Source: an uncultured Candidatus Saccharibacteria bacterium
GTDB lineage: Bacteria > Patescibacteriota > Minisyncoccia > Phycocordibacterales > UBA9973
DNA: 49,589 nucleotides
Direction: 5' to 3'
NCBI GenBank assembly: GCA_964502615.1
Contig: CAZCXF010000005.1
Location: forward strand, 3,956-53,544
The notes under the pieces were generated by a model. It made no database searches. It was not told the DNA's origin and was given only the letters and a program-made list of their open reading frames with translations. Shown here piece by piece: positions 16,988 to 26,740 of the stretch (positions are counted from its first letter, which is position 1; every line of letters starts with the position of its first letter). Made by a program: the position numbers and the translations under genes.

Positions 16988-18724
16988 ATGGAATCACAAA
17001 ATAAAATATGCCAAAACTGCAAACAAAACTTCATCATAGAATCCGAAGATTTTTCTTTCTATGAAAAAATAAAAGTTCCTCCACCTACATTTTGTTCAAA
17101 TTGTTCTCATCAACGTAGATTTGCTTGGCGAAATACGCACTCCCTGTATCATAGACCAGACTCAATAACAGGGAAAGATTTAATTTCTATCTATCATCCT
17201 GAAACGAAGATGAATATTGTCGATCAAAAGTACTGGTGGAGTGACAAATGGGATCCATTTGAATATGGCAAAAAGTATGATTTCTCTAAAGATTTTTTTA
17301 CTCAATGGAAAGAACTTAGAGATAAGGTTCCATTTCAAGCATTATCTAATTCAAAAGCTGTGAATAGTGAATATTGCAACGTAGCTGAAGAAAGCTATGA
17401 TTGCTATCTTATTTCAGCTTGCTGGAAAAATGAGCGGGTTATGTATGCTGATTCGTTAGTTAAAGTAAAAGACTCTATGGATCTTTATATTGTAGAAGAA
17501 AGTGAGTTTTGCTATGAGGATATTTATTGCAAGGAATCTTATAGGTTGTTTTATAGCCAAGAATGTAATTCGTGCACAGATTCTTATTTTTTATATGATT
17601 GCAGAGGTTGTGTAGATTGTTTTATGTCTTCAAATTTAAGGAATAAGAGTTATGTTTTTAACAACATCCAACTCTCAAAAGAAGAATACTTTGAAAAAAT
17701 TAAACAATATGATTTAGGAAGTTTTTCTGTAATTAAAAGATTGAAAGGGGATTTTGAAGAATTAAAAAACAATTCAATAAGAAAATTCGCCACCATTACT
17801 AATAGTCAAGAAGTAACTGGCGATCATATTTATAATACTTATAACTCTAAAAATGTTTTCGATGTTTCTGATAATGTTAAAAACTCAAAACATTTATTCT
17901 GGTCAGTAAACAATATTTTTGACTGCTATTATTCCAATGCTGTTGGTGCGATTGAAAATAGTTTTGAAATGAATGATGCTGGTGTTGGCGGGTTATTATG
18001 CAGATTTTCTAGCGTAGTGTACTCTTCAACTGAAGTTGATTATTCTTTCAATTGTTATAACTGTCATAATATTTTCGGTTGCATAGGACTTCAAAATAAA
18101 TCTTATTGTATTTTAAACACACAATATACAAAAGAGGAGTATATGGATTTACTGCCAAAAATAAAAGAACAAATGATAAATATTCCGTACATAGATCAAA
18201 AGGGTAGATCTTATAAATATGGAGAATTTTTTCCAATAGAACTATCTCCTTTTTCATATAATGAAACTGTAGCAAATGATTTCTTTCCTTTAACAAAAGA
18301 GGAAATATACAACTTAGGATATAAGTATAGAGAAAAAGAGAGTAGAGATTATAAACCCACACTACTATCTTCTAACATTCCAGATAGTGTTTTGGAAATA
18401 AACGAAAGTATTATAAATGAAGTTATAAGTTGTGATACATTACCTGGTTCAGATAGATGTACAATAGCATTTAAAATTAGACCAGATGAATTGATTTTTT
18501 ATAAGCGTTTTAATATACCCATACCTAGAAGATGTTATCAGTGCAGACACAAGCAACGTTTTTTACAAAGAAACCCTTTAAAACTATGGCATAGGTCATG
18601 TATGTGTGAAAAAGAGGGACATAAACATGCTGGGAAGTGCCAGATAGAGTTTGAGACAAGCTATAGTCCTGAACGTCCAGAGATTATCTACTGTGAAAAG
18701 TGCTATCAACAAGAGGTGATATGA
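16988..18724 (+). CDS. Cysteine-rich protein with terminal zinc-ribbons, paralog D
   Basis: Starts 1 nt after the cutA stop. CQNCKQNFIIESEDFSFYEKIKVPPPTFCSNC at the N-terminus, CVDCFMSSNLRNKSYVF in the centre, LWHRSCMCEKEGHKHAGKCQIEFETSYSPERPEIIYCEKCYQQEVI at the C-terminus (closest to paralog B). Confidence 0.85.
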   Translation: MESQNKICQNCKQNFIIESEDFSFYEKIKVPPPTFCSNCSHQRRFAWRNTHSLYHRPDSITGKDLISIYHPETKMNIVDQKYWWSDKWDPFEYGKKYDFSKDFFTQWKELRDKVPFQALSNSKAVNSEYCNVAEESYDCYLISACWKNERVMYADSLVKVKDSMDLYIVEESEFCYEDIYCKESYRLFYSQECNSCTDSYFLYDCRGCVDCFMSSNLRNKSYVFNNIQLSKEEYFEKIKQYDLGSFSVIKRLKGDFEELKNNSIRKFATITNSQEVTGDHIYNTYNSKNVFDVSDNVKNSKHLFWSVNNIFDCYYSNAVGAIENSFEMNDAGVGGLLCRFSSVVYSSTEVDYSFNCYNCHNIFGCIGLQNKSYCILNTQYTKEEYMDLLPKIKEQMINIPYIDQKGRSYKYGEFFPIELSPFSYNETVANDFFPLTKEEIYNLGYKYREKESRDYKPTLLSSNIPDSVLEINESIINEVISCDTLPGSDRCTIAFKIRPDELIFYKRFNIPIPRRCYQCRHKQRFLQRNPLKLWHRSCMCEKEGHKHAGKCQIEFETSYSPERPEIIYCEKCYQQEVI

Positions 18725-18738
18725 TATAATAAGTTCAT

Positions 18739-20496
18739 ATGCATGTTGATGAAAAATCAATCGTAGACTTATTAAACAGTTCAGGCCTTGTAAGTAAGAC
18801 TGACGTAGCTGTCGCTCTGAAGAAATCTAAAGAAACCAATCAATCAATTGGTGATATTTTGATGTCTGAGGGAAAACTTACTGAAAAAGACTGGAATAGT
18901 ATGCAAGCAGTTTCACTAGGCATTCCCTTTGTGAGTCTTAAGGGAGAAAAAATAGATCCGGAAGTTCTCAGTCTTATACCTGAGCCAATTGCGCGTACAA
19001 ATAATATTATTGCATACAAGAAAACTAAAGCAGGGCTTGAAGTTGCCATGCTCGACGTCGACAACTTATCAGTTATAGACTTCATAAAGAAAAAAGTTGG
19101 GCTAAAAATTTTACCTCGTATGACAAGCTCAGACTCTATAAAAGAAGTCTTAACTCAGTACAAAAAAACACTCCAAGCAGACTTTGAAGATATCATCAAA
19201 AAAGAAAGTTCATCAATTAAAGCAGTATCAGAGAACGGTAAACCTGGAGAAGAAAAATCTGAAAAAGAACTAAAAGAATTAGCAGAAGATTTACCGATTG
19301 TTAAAATTGTCGATACTCTTATTTCTCATGCAATCATACAAGGTGCTTCTGATATTCACATAGAACCAGGGGAGACTTCATTAATCGTTCGTTATCGTAT
19401 TGATGGAATACTCCATGACGCCATGGTTCTGCCAAAAGATACTGCGCCTGGAATCGTTGCACGTATTAAAGTTCTATCAAATCTAAAGCTCGACGAGAAA
19501 CGACTCCCTCAAGATGGAAGATTTAAAATAGTTGGCGATGATGGTAATGTTTCTTTCCGTGTTTCAACTTTGCCTACGTATTTTGGAGAGAAAACTGTCA
19601 TTCGTATTTTGCGTGAAAATGCAAAAGGTTTTTCGCTAGAGACGCTAGGTTTTCATGGGGAAGCACTTGAGCGAATTCATGAAGGTATGAAGCAAAGAAA
19701 TGGAATGCTTGTTTGTGCTGGACCTACTGGATCTGGTAAGACAACTACTCTATATACAATGTTAGATATCTTAAATACTCCAGAAGTTAATATTTCTACA
19801 GTTGAAGATCCGATTGAGTACCAGATGGCTCGTATTAATCAAACTCAAACCAAGGCTGAAATTGGTCTTACTTTCGCAAATGGTTTAAGAACACTACTTC
19901 GTCAGGACCCAGATATTATAATGGTGGGAGAGATTCGTGATGGAGAGACAGCATCCCTTGCGGTCAATGCTTCTCTTACTGGGCACTTAGTGCTTTCAAC
20001 TATACACACCAACTCTGCCGCCGGTGCAATCCCTCGTATGATAGACATGGGAGTGGAGCCATTTTTGATTGTATCCACTGTGCGTACAATCATTGCTCAG
20101 CGTCTAGTTCGTGTTCTTGATGAGAACAAGCAACAATACTTTTTAACTGATGCTGAAAAGGCTGCACTAGATAAAATCATAAACACAGACAGGATGCTTG
20201 AAATTCTAAAAAAAGAAAAGGTTGTACCAGAGGATGCAACTTGGCAGACTATACCGCTTTACAAGCCAAAACCATCTGATGAATCCACTAGCGGATTTAA
20301 AGGACGACTTGGAATACACGAAGTATTAAAGGTTACACCGACAATTAAAGAAATGATTCTAAAAGGTGCATCAACTGACGAAGTTGAAAAAAGAGCAAAA
20401 GAAGAAGGAATGATGACAATGCTTGAAGATGGAATATTCTTAGCAGTTCAAGGACGAACTTCAACAGAAGAAGTCTTGCGTGTGGTTTCTGAGTAG
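18739..20496 (+). CDS. pilB: Type IV pilus / type II secretion assembly ATPase (PilB/GspE)
   Basis: GSPII_E N-terminal domain, Walker A GPTGSGKTTT, Walker B/Asp box DPDIIMVGEIRD, His box LTGHLVLSTIHTN. Confidence 0.9.
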   Translation: MHVDEKSIVDLLNSSGLVSKTDVAVALKKSKETNQSIGDILMSEGKLTEKDWNSMQAVSLGIPFVSLKGEKIDPEVLSLIPEPIARTNNIIAYKKTKAGLEVAMLDVDNLSVIDFIKKKVGLKILPRMTSSDSIKEVLTQYKKTLQADFEDIIKKESSSIKAVSENGKPGEEKSEKELKELAEDLPIVKIVDTLISHAIIQGASDIHIEPGETSLIVRYRIDGILHDAMVLPKDTAPGIVARIKVLSNLKLDEKRLPQDGRFKIVGDDGNVSFRVSTLPTYFGEKTVIRILRENAKGFSLETLGFHGEALERIHEGMKQRNGMLVCAGPTGSGKTTTLYTMLDILNTPEVNISTVEDPIEYQMARINQTQTKAEIGLTFANGLRTLLRQDPDIIMVGEIRDGETASLAVNASLTGHLVLSTIHTNSAAGAIPRMIDMGVEPFLIVSTVRTIIAQRLVRVLDENKQQYFLTDAEKAALDKIINTDRMLEILKKEKVVPEDATWQTIPLYKPKPSDESTSGFKGRLGIHEVLKVTPTIKEMILKGASTDEVEKRAKEEGMMTMLEDGIFLAVQGRTSTEEVLRVVSE

Positions 20497-20501
20497 TTAC
20501 A

Positions 20502-21719
20502 ATGAAATTTAGCTATAAAATACAAAATAAAGTTGGTGGAGTGATTGAAGGAGTAAAAGAAGCTCCTGATAAATTTACTCTTGCTCGTGAACTCAGGGAG
20601 AGCGGTAATATTCCTCTGTCTATTGAAGAATACACAGATAAAGGACAAAAGGGTAGTTTCTTAAAATTTGAATTGTTCAACAGTGTATCTTTATCTGAGA
20701 AGATAATTTTTACGAATAATTTAGGGGGAATGTTATCCGCAGGACTTTCACTTACTCGTGCACTCAATATTCTTGAGAAGCAAACAAAAAATAACTTACT
20801 AAAAAGAATACTGGGAAGCATAATTGAAGGAATAAATGGTGGTAGTACAATGTCAGACTCAATGAAGAAATTTCCAAAAGTTTTCTCACCATTGTTTATA
20901 TCTATGGTTCACTCAGGAGAGGAGTCTGGAGGTTTACCGAAAGCTTTAGCTGAAGTTGGGATGAATCTAAAAAAATCTTACGATTTAAACAAAAAAATCA
21001 AAGGGGCTTTAATGTATCCAAGTATAATTCTCTGTGCAATATTTATTATTGGAGTTCTAATGATGGTTTTTGTGGTGCCAACACTTACCAAAACTTTCAA
21101 AGAATTAGGAGGAGACTTACCTAGTTCTACCAAATTTGTTATATGGTTATCGGATACTTTAAGTCAGCACACCCTAATGTTTTTAGGTATAACATTTTTA
21201 GTTGTTGGTTCTTTTGTTATGTTTGCAAGATCAAAATTTACTCAAAAATATTTTGATTCATTTGTTTTAAAGTTACCAGTCATTGGTAATATCGCAAAAG
21301 AAGTAAATACTGCCCGTACTGCTAGAACTTTATCTTCATTACTCACTTCTGGAGTAGATATGTCTCGCGCATTAGCTATTACCGAAGAAGTACTACAAAA
21401 TATTCATTACAAAAAATTAGTACAAGATGCAATTGTATCAATTGAAAAAGGTGGAGTACTCTCGGCATCTTTTAAAAACGCAACTCACCTGTATCCTATT
21501 ATGATGGGAGAAATGATTGAAGTTGGTGAGGAGACTGGGAATCTCTCAAAAATGCTTATAGATATTGCTAATTTCTATGAAAGTGAAGTTGATAATAAAA
21601 CTAAAGACTTGTCTGTAATTATTGAACCAATACTCATGGTCTTTATTGGAGGTGCGGTAGGATTTTTTGCAGTCTCGATGATCACACCTATGTACTCTGT
21701 GATGAGTAACATAAAATAA
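20502..21719 (+). CDS. pilC: Type IV pilus platform protein (PilC/GspF)
   Basis: Two T2SSF-type repeats, each followed by TM segments. 405 aa, 5 nt after pilB. Confidence 0.85.
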   Translation: MKFSYKIQNKVGGVIEGVKEAPDKFTLARELRESGNIPLSIEEYTDKGQKGSFLKFELFNSVSLSEKIIFTNNLGGMLSAGLSLTRALNILEKQTKNNLLKRILGSIIEGINGGSTMSDSMKKFPKVFSPLFISMVHSGEESGGLPKALAEVGMNLKKSYDLNKKIKGALMYPSIILCAIFIIGVLMMVFVVPTLTKTFKELGGDLPSSTKFVIWLSDTLSQHTLMFLGITFLVVGSFVMFARSKFTQKYFDSFVLKLPVIGNIAKEVNTARTARTLSSLLTSGVDMSRALAITEEVLQNIHYKKLVQDAIVSIEKGGVLSASFKNATHLYPIMMGEMIEVGEETGNLSKMLIDIANFYESEVDNKTKDLSVIIEPILMVFIGGAVGFFAVSMITPMYSVMSNIK

Positions 21720-21721
21720 AT

Positions 21722-22081
21722 TTATTTCCTGTCTTTATAATATAGAATAAGTAAAAGTACTAGAACCGCTAAACCAATAATTGACCATAAAAAGTAATTT
21801 GGGGAATTAGAATTATCTTTATTTACTACAGCCTTATTTGTACTTGTAATATCACCTACTTTTGTGATCTCTTTTGGTGTTTCAACAGTAGAAGAGCCAA
21901 CTTCAGAATTTATATTTCCCGATAAATTAGCATAACTATCTTTAGGTAAAGGTTGGAGGCTCTTACTATCAGGGAATATTGACCTTTTAGCTGCTTCAAC
22001 ATTCTGGCTGAGACCACTAAATAGTATTAGTAATATTATTAACGTAAGTATTGTGTTTTTTTTAAAAAAATTATTTTTCAT
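21722..22081 (-). CDS. Hypothetical exported protein with C-terminal TM anchor, last gene of the pilin operon
   Basis: N-terminal signal-like helix (ILTLIILLILFSGLSQNVEA) and C-terminal TM plus KDRK. 3 nt downstream of the preceding gene. Confidence 0.5.
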   Translation of the reverse strand: MKNNFFKKNTILTLIILLILFSGLSQNVEAAKRSIFPDSKSLQPLPKDSYANLSGNINSEVGSSTVETPKEITKVGDITSTNKAVVNKDNSNSPNYFLWSIIGLAVLVLLLILYYKDRK

Positions 22082-22084
22082 ATT

Positions 22085-23479
22085 TTAATTACTTATCCAG
22101 CTTAATTGTTTGTACCCAGCAGAGGAAAGAGGAAAACTTGGTGGGGGTGAGTAAAGCAAATTGTTATCATAAGTACTTGTTGTATTCGTGAATCCAGAGA
22201 CATTATTCCCAGATCCATTTACCCATGTCCAGGTCCATTGGCCAAAGCTCATTATTGATCCATATATAGTTATACTATTTTTTATTCTGGGGGTTGAATA
22301 AAGGAAAAACTGCGCACTACCATTTTGTGATACAAGAGCTGCATCTACTTCTAAATTGGTAGGTGCATTATATGTCACAATTACATTTTTTTGAGATAAC
22401 AATCCCAAAACACTTGATCCATCTTTCGCCTGGTAGATTATATTGTTGGGTATATAAATACTTGGAGCAGTATTTGCAACATACGGTAGTTTTGCTGCTG
22501 CAAGCATAACTCTACCATTAACTGTACCTTCTACCCAAGTATTATCTTCTATATAGATTATTCCATTTGTTGGGATCGCTACTGTATATTGATGAGACCT
22601 TGCATTGTAATCTATATCTTCATTGTGGGCATTACCATTTACATCCCATCCTGTTGGAGTACTAGTTAATGATGTAACTTTATAAACCGATACAGTTCCA
22701 TTACTATTAAAAACAATCGAATAGCCATTTGTATTTGATGGAGGCAGATAAATACCAGCTGATTGTGCAGAACTTTTCATTGTAGCAAGATTTGAAGTGA
22801 GTGCTGAAAAATCGACAACAGGTACTGGGAATTGCCAGAAGTTTTTTATTGCTTGACTTGCAGCACCCCATACTCCATTTTTCGTTGTGGGACACGGGCT
22901 ACCTTGGCTAGATGGACATGTGTATGTTGATTTTGCTGAACTAATAGGAGCATTACCTACACCGTCGAATCTTATACCATTATTTGACTGCATCTGGCCA
23001 TTTACTGTTTCACTCGAACCTATCCATATTACGTCGTTGCTTAGAAATGAATATAAAGCAAGCGAGGGTATCCCGTATTTTGCAGTTATTGTTCTTTTTA
23101 TTTGTGGATTTTCAGATGTCCAACCAGTAGAAGCAATTGTTACAATCGTCGATCCAGTTGCTGGTGCTGTTATAGATAGGCTGTACTGACCTATAACTGT
23201 TTCATTGTCTAAATCAGTATAATTGTGTAGATATGGTCCAGTTGTTCCTGTTCCATCTTGATAATCAGTTGGGAAGTGTGCCAAATGCCATTGATAATAA
23301 TTTATCCCAGCTTCAGCTATTTGAAGAGCTTGTTCTCCAGCTATGTTTGATTTTATTACTTTACTTTGAGTTACTGCCCAGTTTATTATAGGGAACATAG
23401 TTATAGAAAATATAAAAATAACAAAGAGTAGTAACAATAAGATGCTTCCATTATTTGTTTTTTTCTTTATTTTATTCAT
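22085..23479 (-). CDS. PilX-like pilus-associated protein (large minor-pilin/tip candidate)
   Basis: N-terminal TM helix followed by the PilX_N-like EQALQIAEAGINYYQWHL motif. Body is Ser/Thr/Asn/Gly-rich and beta-type. The start overlaps the upstream stop by 1 nt (TAATG). Confidence 0.55.
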   Translation of the reverse strand: MNKIKKKTNNGSILLLLLFVIFIFSITMFPIINWAVTQSKVIKSNIAGEQALQIAEAGINYYQWHLAHFPTDYQDGTGTTGPYLHNYTDLDNETVIGQYSLSITAPATGSTIVTIASTGWTSENPQIKRTITAKYGIPSLALYSFLSNDVIWIGSSETVNGQMQSNNGIRFDGVGNAPISSAKSTYTCPSSQGSPCPTTKNGVWGAASQAIKNFWQFPVPVVDFSALTSNLATMKSSAQSAGIYLPPSNTNGYSIVFNSNGTVSVYKVTSLTSTPTGWDVNGNAHNEDIDYNARSHQYTVAIPTNGIIYIEDNTWVEGTVNGRVMLAAAKLPYVANTAPSIYIPNNIIYQAKDGSSVLGLLSQKNVIVTYNAPTNLEVDAALVSQNGSAQFFLYSTPRIKNSITIYGSIMSFGQWTWTWVNGSGNNVSGFTNTTSTYDNNLLYSPPPSFPLSSAGYKQLSWISN

Positions 23480-24111
23480 TAGTTTCCAAGGTTAGTTTTA
23501 ATATTTCTAATAGCTCCACCAGCATTTACTGTAAAAGTACTATTATTGTTTGGTGATATTTGTTTTAAAACTGTTAGGTTAATTTTAACAAATTTTACTA
23601 AATTAATATTGACTTGCTGAGTTAGTGCATTTCCACTACCACTATAATTACCGTCATAGTAATAAAATAGTGGATTAGATCCCAAAGATAAATTTTTTAA
23701 TACCGTTGTTATTACTTCATTAGCAGTATTGTATGTACCTGGAGTCCCTGTAGGATCTATTATACCTTTTAATAATGTACTACCCGATATGTAATATCTG
23801 ACTCTCGATACTGTTCCGTTGCCCTTAGGTGCAGTTGAAAAGAATATTATTTGCGTATCACCCGCTTGATTTATCGGATAGGCACCATTTGCGCCATAAG
23901 AAGCATTTCTCATTTCATTCACAAAGTTATTTGCTGCTTTTCTAGCAAGATCCACATTGTCCATACTCATACTCTGCTGTCTTACATTTACAAATATATT
24001 TTTCAACATAAGTGTTGTTCCTGAGGCTACTATACCAAACACAAAAATAACTACCATCGTTTCTACTAGTGTAAACCCCTTTTCTAAATTATTATTGAAT
24101 AGTTTTTTCAT
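23479..24111 (-). CDS. Type IV pilin-like protein (prepilin-type N-terminal cleavage/methylation domain)
   Basis: Class III signal KG-FTLVETMVVIFVFGIVA with Glu at +5. Confidence 0.8.
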   Translation of the reverse strand: MKKLFNNNLEKGFTLVETMVVIFVFGIVASGTTLMLKNIFVNVRQQSMSMDNVDLARKAANNFVNEMRNASYGANGAYPINQAGDTQIIFFSTAPKGNGTVSRVRYYISGSTLLKGIIDPTGTPGTYNTANEVITTVLKNLSLGSNPLFYYYDGNYSGSGNALTQQVNINLVKFVKINLTVLKQISPNNNSTFTVNAGGAIRNIKTNLGN

Positions 24112-24113
24112 TT

Positions 24114-25934
24114 CTAATTTGGTGTTAGTAGAACTTGAAGTGTTTGGTACCCAGAGATATTTAAATCGCTAATTGTTTTAGTGGTATATCCTGACATACT
24201 TACTACTACATTGTATTCCTCTGCTTGTGAAAGCCCTGGGAATATAACTTGGCCTGGAGTAAAACAACCGGATACATAATTTACCCCCACACTTGTTAAG
24301 GTTGGGTTTTTGGTAGTATCTGTTGTCGATAGATATGCTTTGTATCTTACGTACCTATTATTGTTATTTGCTGTACCTATTGTTGTACCTGGAGTTGTGT
24401 AATAGGTGCTACTTGTACCATCTGGCCCTACAAAGTTCCAAGTTTCATTATCATTGTTCGTAGCTATTTGGAACTTTACAGTTACGCTTGGGTCTTGGGA
24501 AGTTGGTTGCCAGTTAAGTGTTGTATATGAAGTTGAGTCTGTCCCTGTGTCAAAAGTTGATGATATTAGTGAACCAGAGCTAGTCAAAGTAACACCACCA
24601 CTATTTATTAACCTCATTGCTAATGGTGTGTCAGTTGTATTTATATTACCATCATCTGAAAAATATCTAGTATTATTTGACCAATTACCTTGACCCGAAC
24701 CCCCGTTCCAAAATTGTTGACTCCATAAACTTCCACCTGTTACATATGTAGTATCAACTGAAGAGTCTTCGTTTGTAAGGTGCACACTTGCTCCTTCGAT
24801 AGGATCTCCAGTTGACCCATCTTTTACTATCACAAGTAAACTATTTGCTGTTTTATTTCCTAGTATTAAATTAAACATTTGTGTCGTATTTGGTAGTAGA
24901 TTTATCTGTTGAATAGGGGATGAACCATAAATCATATATGAATCACCGGTTAGAGCTGGAGTATAGTTATCCCATTCAGTATTATTGAGTACAACTTGTC
25001 CACTGCCGTTTGAGGTGTAAGTGTTATTAAATTTCAGGACACTAGGTGTTCCAATTAATTTTGCACCAGCTACACCTAGACCAATTCCAGATATTGCTCC
25101 ACAGCTTTGATTAAGGGTGTTGAATGTTAGATTGCTAGTAAGATCAATTGCAAAAGTTATCTGGGTTACTTGACCGTCAGCAATAGTTGAATCTGGCTTT
25201 ATTGGGTCCGGGTTTCCTACAGTTATAGGATAGGTTTGATCTGAAGAGTAATTATTCTTCGTTACTATTATATGGTAACTATTTACGCTATTCGGAAGTC
25301 CAACCTCAACCCAGGAGCCACTAGCATTGCTCATTCTGGTAAGATTTATACTGGGGCTAATTGTATTATTTGTGATATTTATTGTAGCACCTGGTACTGG
25401 TTGTCCTACTGCATCTATAACACTTATCATCAATGCGCCACCTGAAGTCATATTTTCAAGACCAGTTGGGACTATATTTGTAATAAAGTTTTTTATTGAA
25501 TTTGTACTTAAATTTTTTACAGACAACTTGACCTGTTTGTAGTCATTAGGAGCTGGATCCGTTCCTTGTATAAAAGTACCATCAGCAGTGTCATCTATAT
25601 ATGTAACCTCATAGTATGTTTGATAAGTTATCCCACCTATTGTCACACTTGTTGCATTTGGTAGGTCCGGTAAGTTACCATGAGGGTTACCTTGAATTGT
25701 TCCTATTTGTGAGTACGGAAGGTTTCTAGCTGTTTCTAAATACTGTTTTGCTAGACTCGATACTATAACACTATCACTATTTAGAGATGATTGTTTGGAA
25801 ATAACCACGAAGGTTTGGTATACCGTAGCGGCTAATAACACAAAGATACCAACACCTATCATGCTTTCAACCAATGTAAATCCACTATTTTTACTAATAC
25901 TAACAGCTGAAAGATTTTTTATTATCTTAACCAT
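24114..25934 (-). CDS. Giant type IV pilin-like protein (606 aa) with CarboxypepD_reg-like/Ig-like modules
   Basis: Prepilin signal SG-FTLVESMIGVGIFVLLA. Repeated GQPVPGATINIT.../GDPIEGASVHLT... beta-sandwich-type segments. Confidence 0.75.
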   Translation of the reverse strand: MVKIIKNLSAVSISKNSGFTLVESMIGVGIFVLLAATVYQTFVVISKQSSLNSDSVIVSSLAKQYLETARNLPYSQIGTIQGNPHGNLPDLPNATSVTIGGITYQTYYEVTYIDDTADGTFIQGTDPAPNDYKQVKLSVKNLSTNSIKNFITNIVPTGLENMTSGGALMISVIDAVGQPVPGATINITNNTISPSINLTRMSNASGSWVEVGLPNSVNSYHIIVTKNNYSSDQTYPITVGNPDPIKPDSTIADGQVTQITFAIDLTSNLTFNTLNQSCGAISGIGLGVAGAKLIGTPSVLKFNNTYTSNGSGQVVLNNTEWDNYTPALTGDSYMIYGSSPIQQINLLPNTTQMFNLILGNKTANSLLVIVKDGSTGDPIEGASVHLTNEDSSVDTTYVTGGSLWSQQFWNGGSGQGNWSNNTRYFSDDGNINTTDTPLAMRLINSGGVTLTSSGSLISSTFDTGTDSTSYTTLNWQPTSQDPSVTVKFQIATNNDNETWNFVGPDGTSSTYYTTPGTTIGTANNNNRYVRYKAYLSTTDTTKNPTLTSVGVNYVSGCFTPGQVIFPGLSQAEEYNVVVSMSGYTTKTISDLNISGYQTLQVLLTPN

Positions 25935-25978
25935 ATTATCTTAGTAAATTCTATCATATTTTATGTTATACTTACTAT

Positions 25979-26740
25979 ATGAAGAAGCTGATAGTTGGTA
26001 ACTGGAAAATGAATCCGCAATCTCAAAAAGAGGCGGCTATTCTTTTTAAAAATATCTCACAAGCTACAAAAAATATAAAAAACACCGAAATAGTTGTTTG
26101 TGTACCATCAGTTTACTTTACATATATTAAACAACTAAAGAATAAAAAAATTTCAATAGGAGCTCAAAATGTTTTCTTCGAACCAAATGGAGCTTTTACT
26201 GGTGAAATATCTGCAAAAATGCTCAGTGATGCTGGGATAAAATACGTAATTGTAGGTCACTCAGAAAGAAGAGCGATGGGGGAGACAAATGAAATTATAA
26301 ATAAAAAATTAATCGCAGTATTAAAAGCTAAACTAACACCAATTTTATGCGTAGGGGAGTCGGTGCGTAGCCACGATGGTTTTTATTTAGCAAAAGTTCG
26401 AGAGCAACTCTCAATGTGTCTAAGTGGAATCCCTAAAAATCAAATTAAGCAAATAGTCATTGCATATGAGCCAGTATGGGCACTTTCATCAACCGAGAAT
26501 CGTCATGATGCAACACCCCACGATTTTGAAGAGATGAAAATATATATCAAAAAAATTCTTACAGATATGTTTGGCCAAACTATCACTTCGTCAGTTCGTA
26601 TTATATATGGAGGATCGGCAAATAAAGATAATGCACAATCATTCCTTGAGATTGGTGCAGATGGTTTACTTCCAGGCAAAGCGAGTCTCGACTACAAGAA
26701 TTTTTCAAAAATTATAGAGATCGCAAGCAATATAAAATGA
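25979..26740 (+). CDS. tpiA: Triosephosphate isomerase (divergent loops 6 and 8)
   Basis: NWKMN, GAFTGEIS, VGHSERR, AYEPVWA, YGGS. The stop overlaps the pgk start (ATGA). Confidence 0.85.
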   Translation: MKKLIVGNWKMNPQSQKEAAILFKNISQATKNIKNTEIVVCVPSVYFTYIKQLKNKKISIGAQNVFFEPNGAFTGEISAKMLSDAGIKYVIVGHSERRAMGETNEIINKKLIAVLKAKLTPILCVGESVRSHDGFYLAKVREQLSMCLSGIPKNQIKQIVIAYEPVWALSSTENRHDATPHDFEEMKIYIKKILTDMFGQTITSSVRIIYGGSANKDNAQSFLEIGADGLLPGKASLDYKNFSKIIEIASNIK

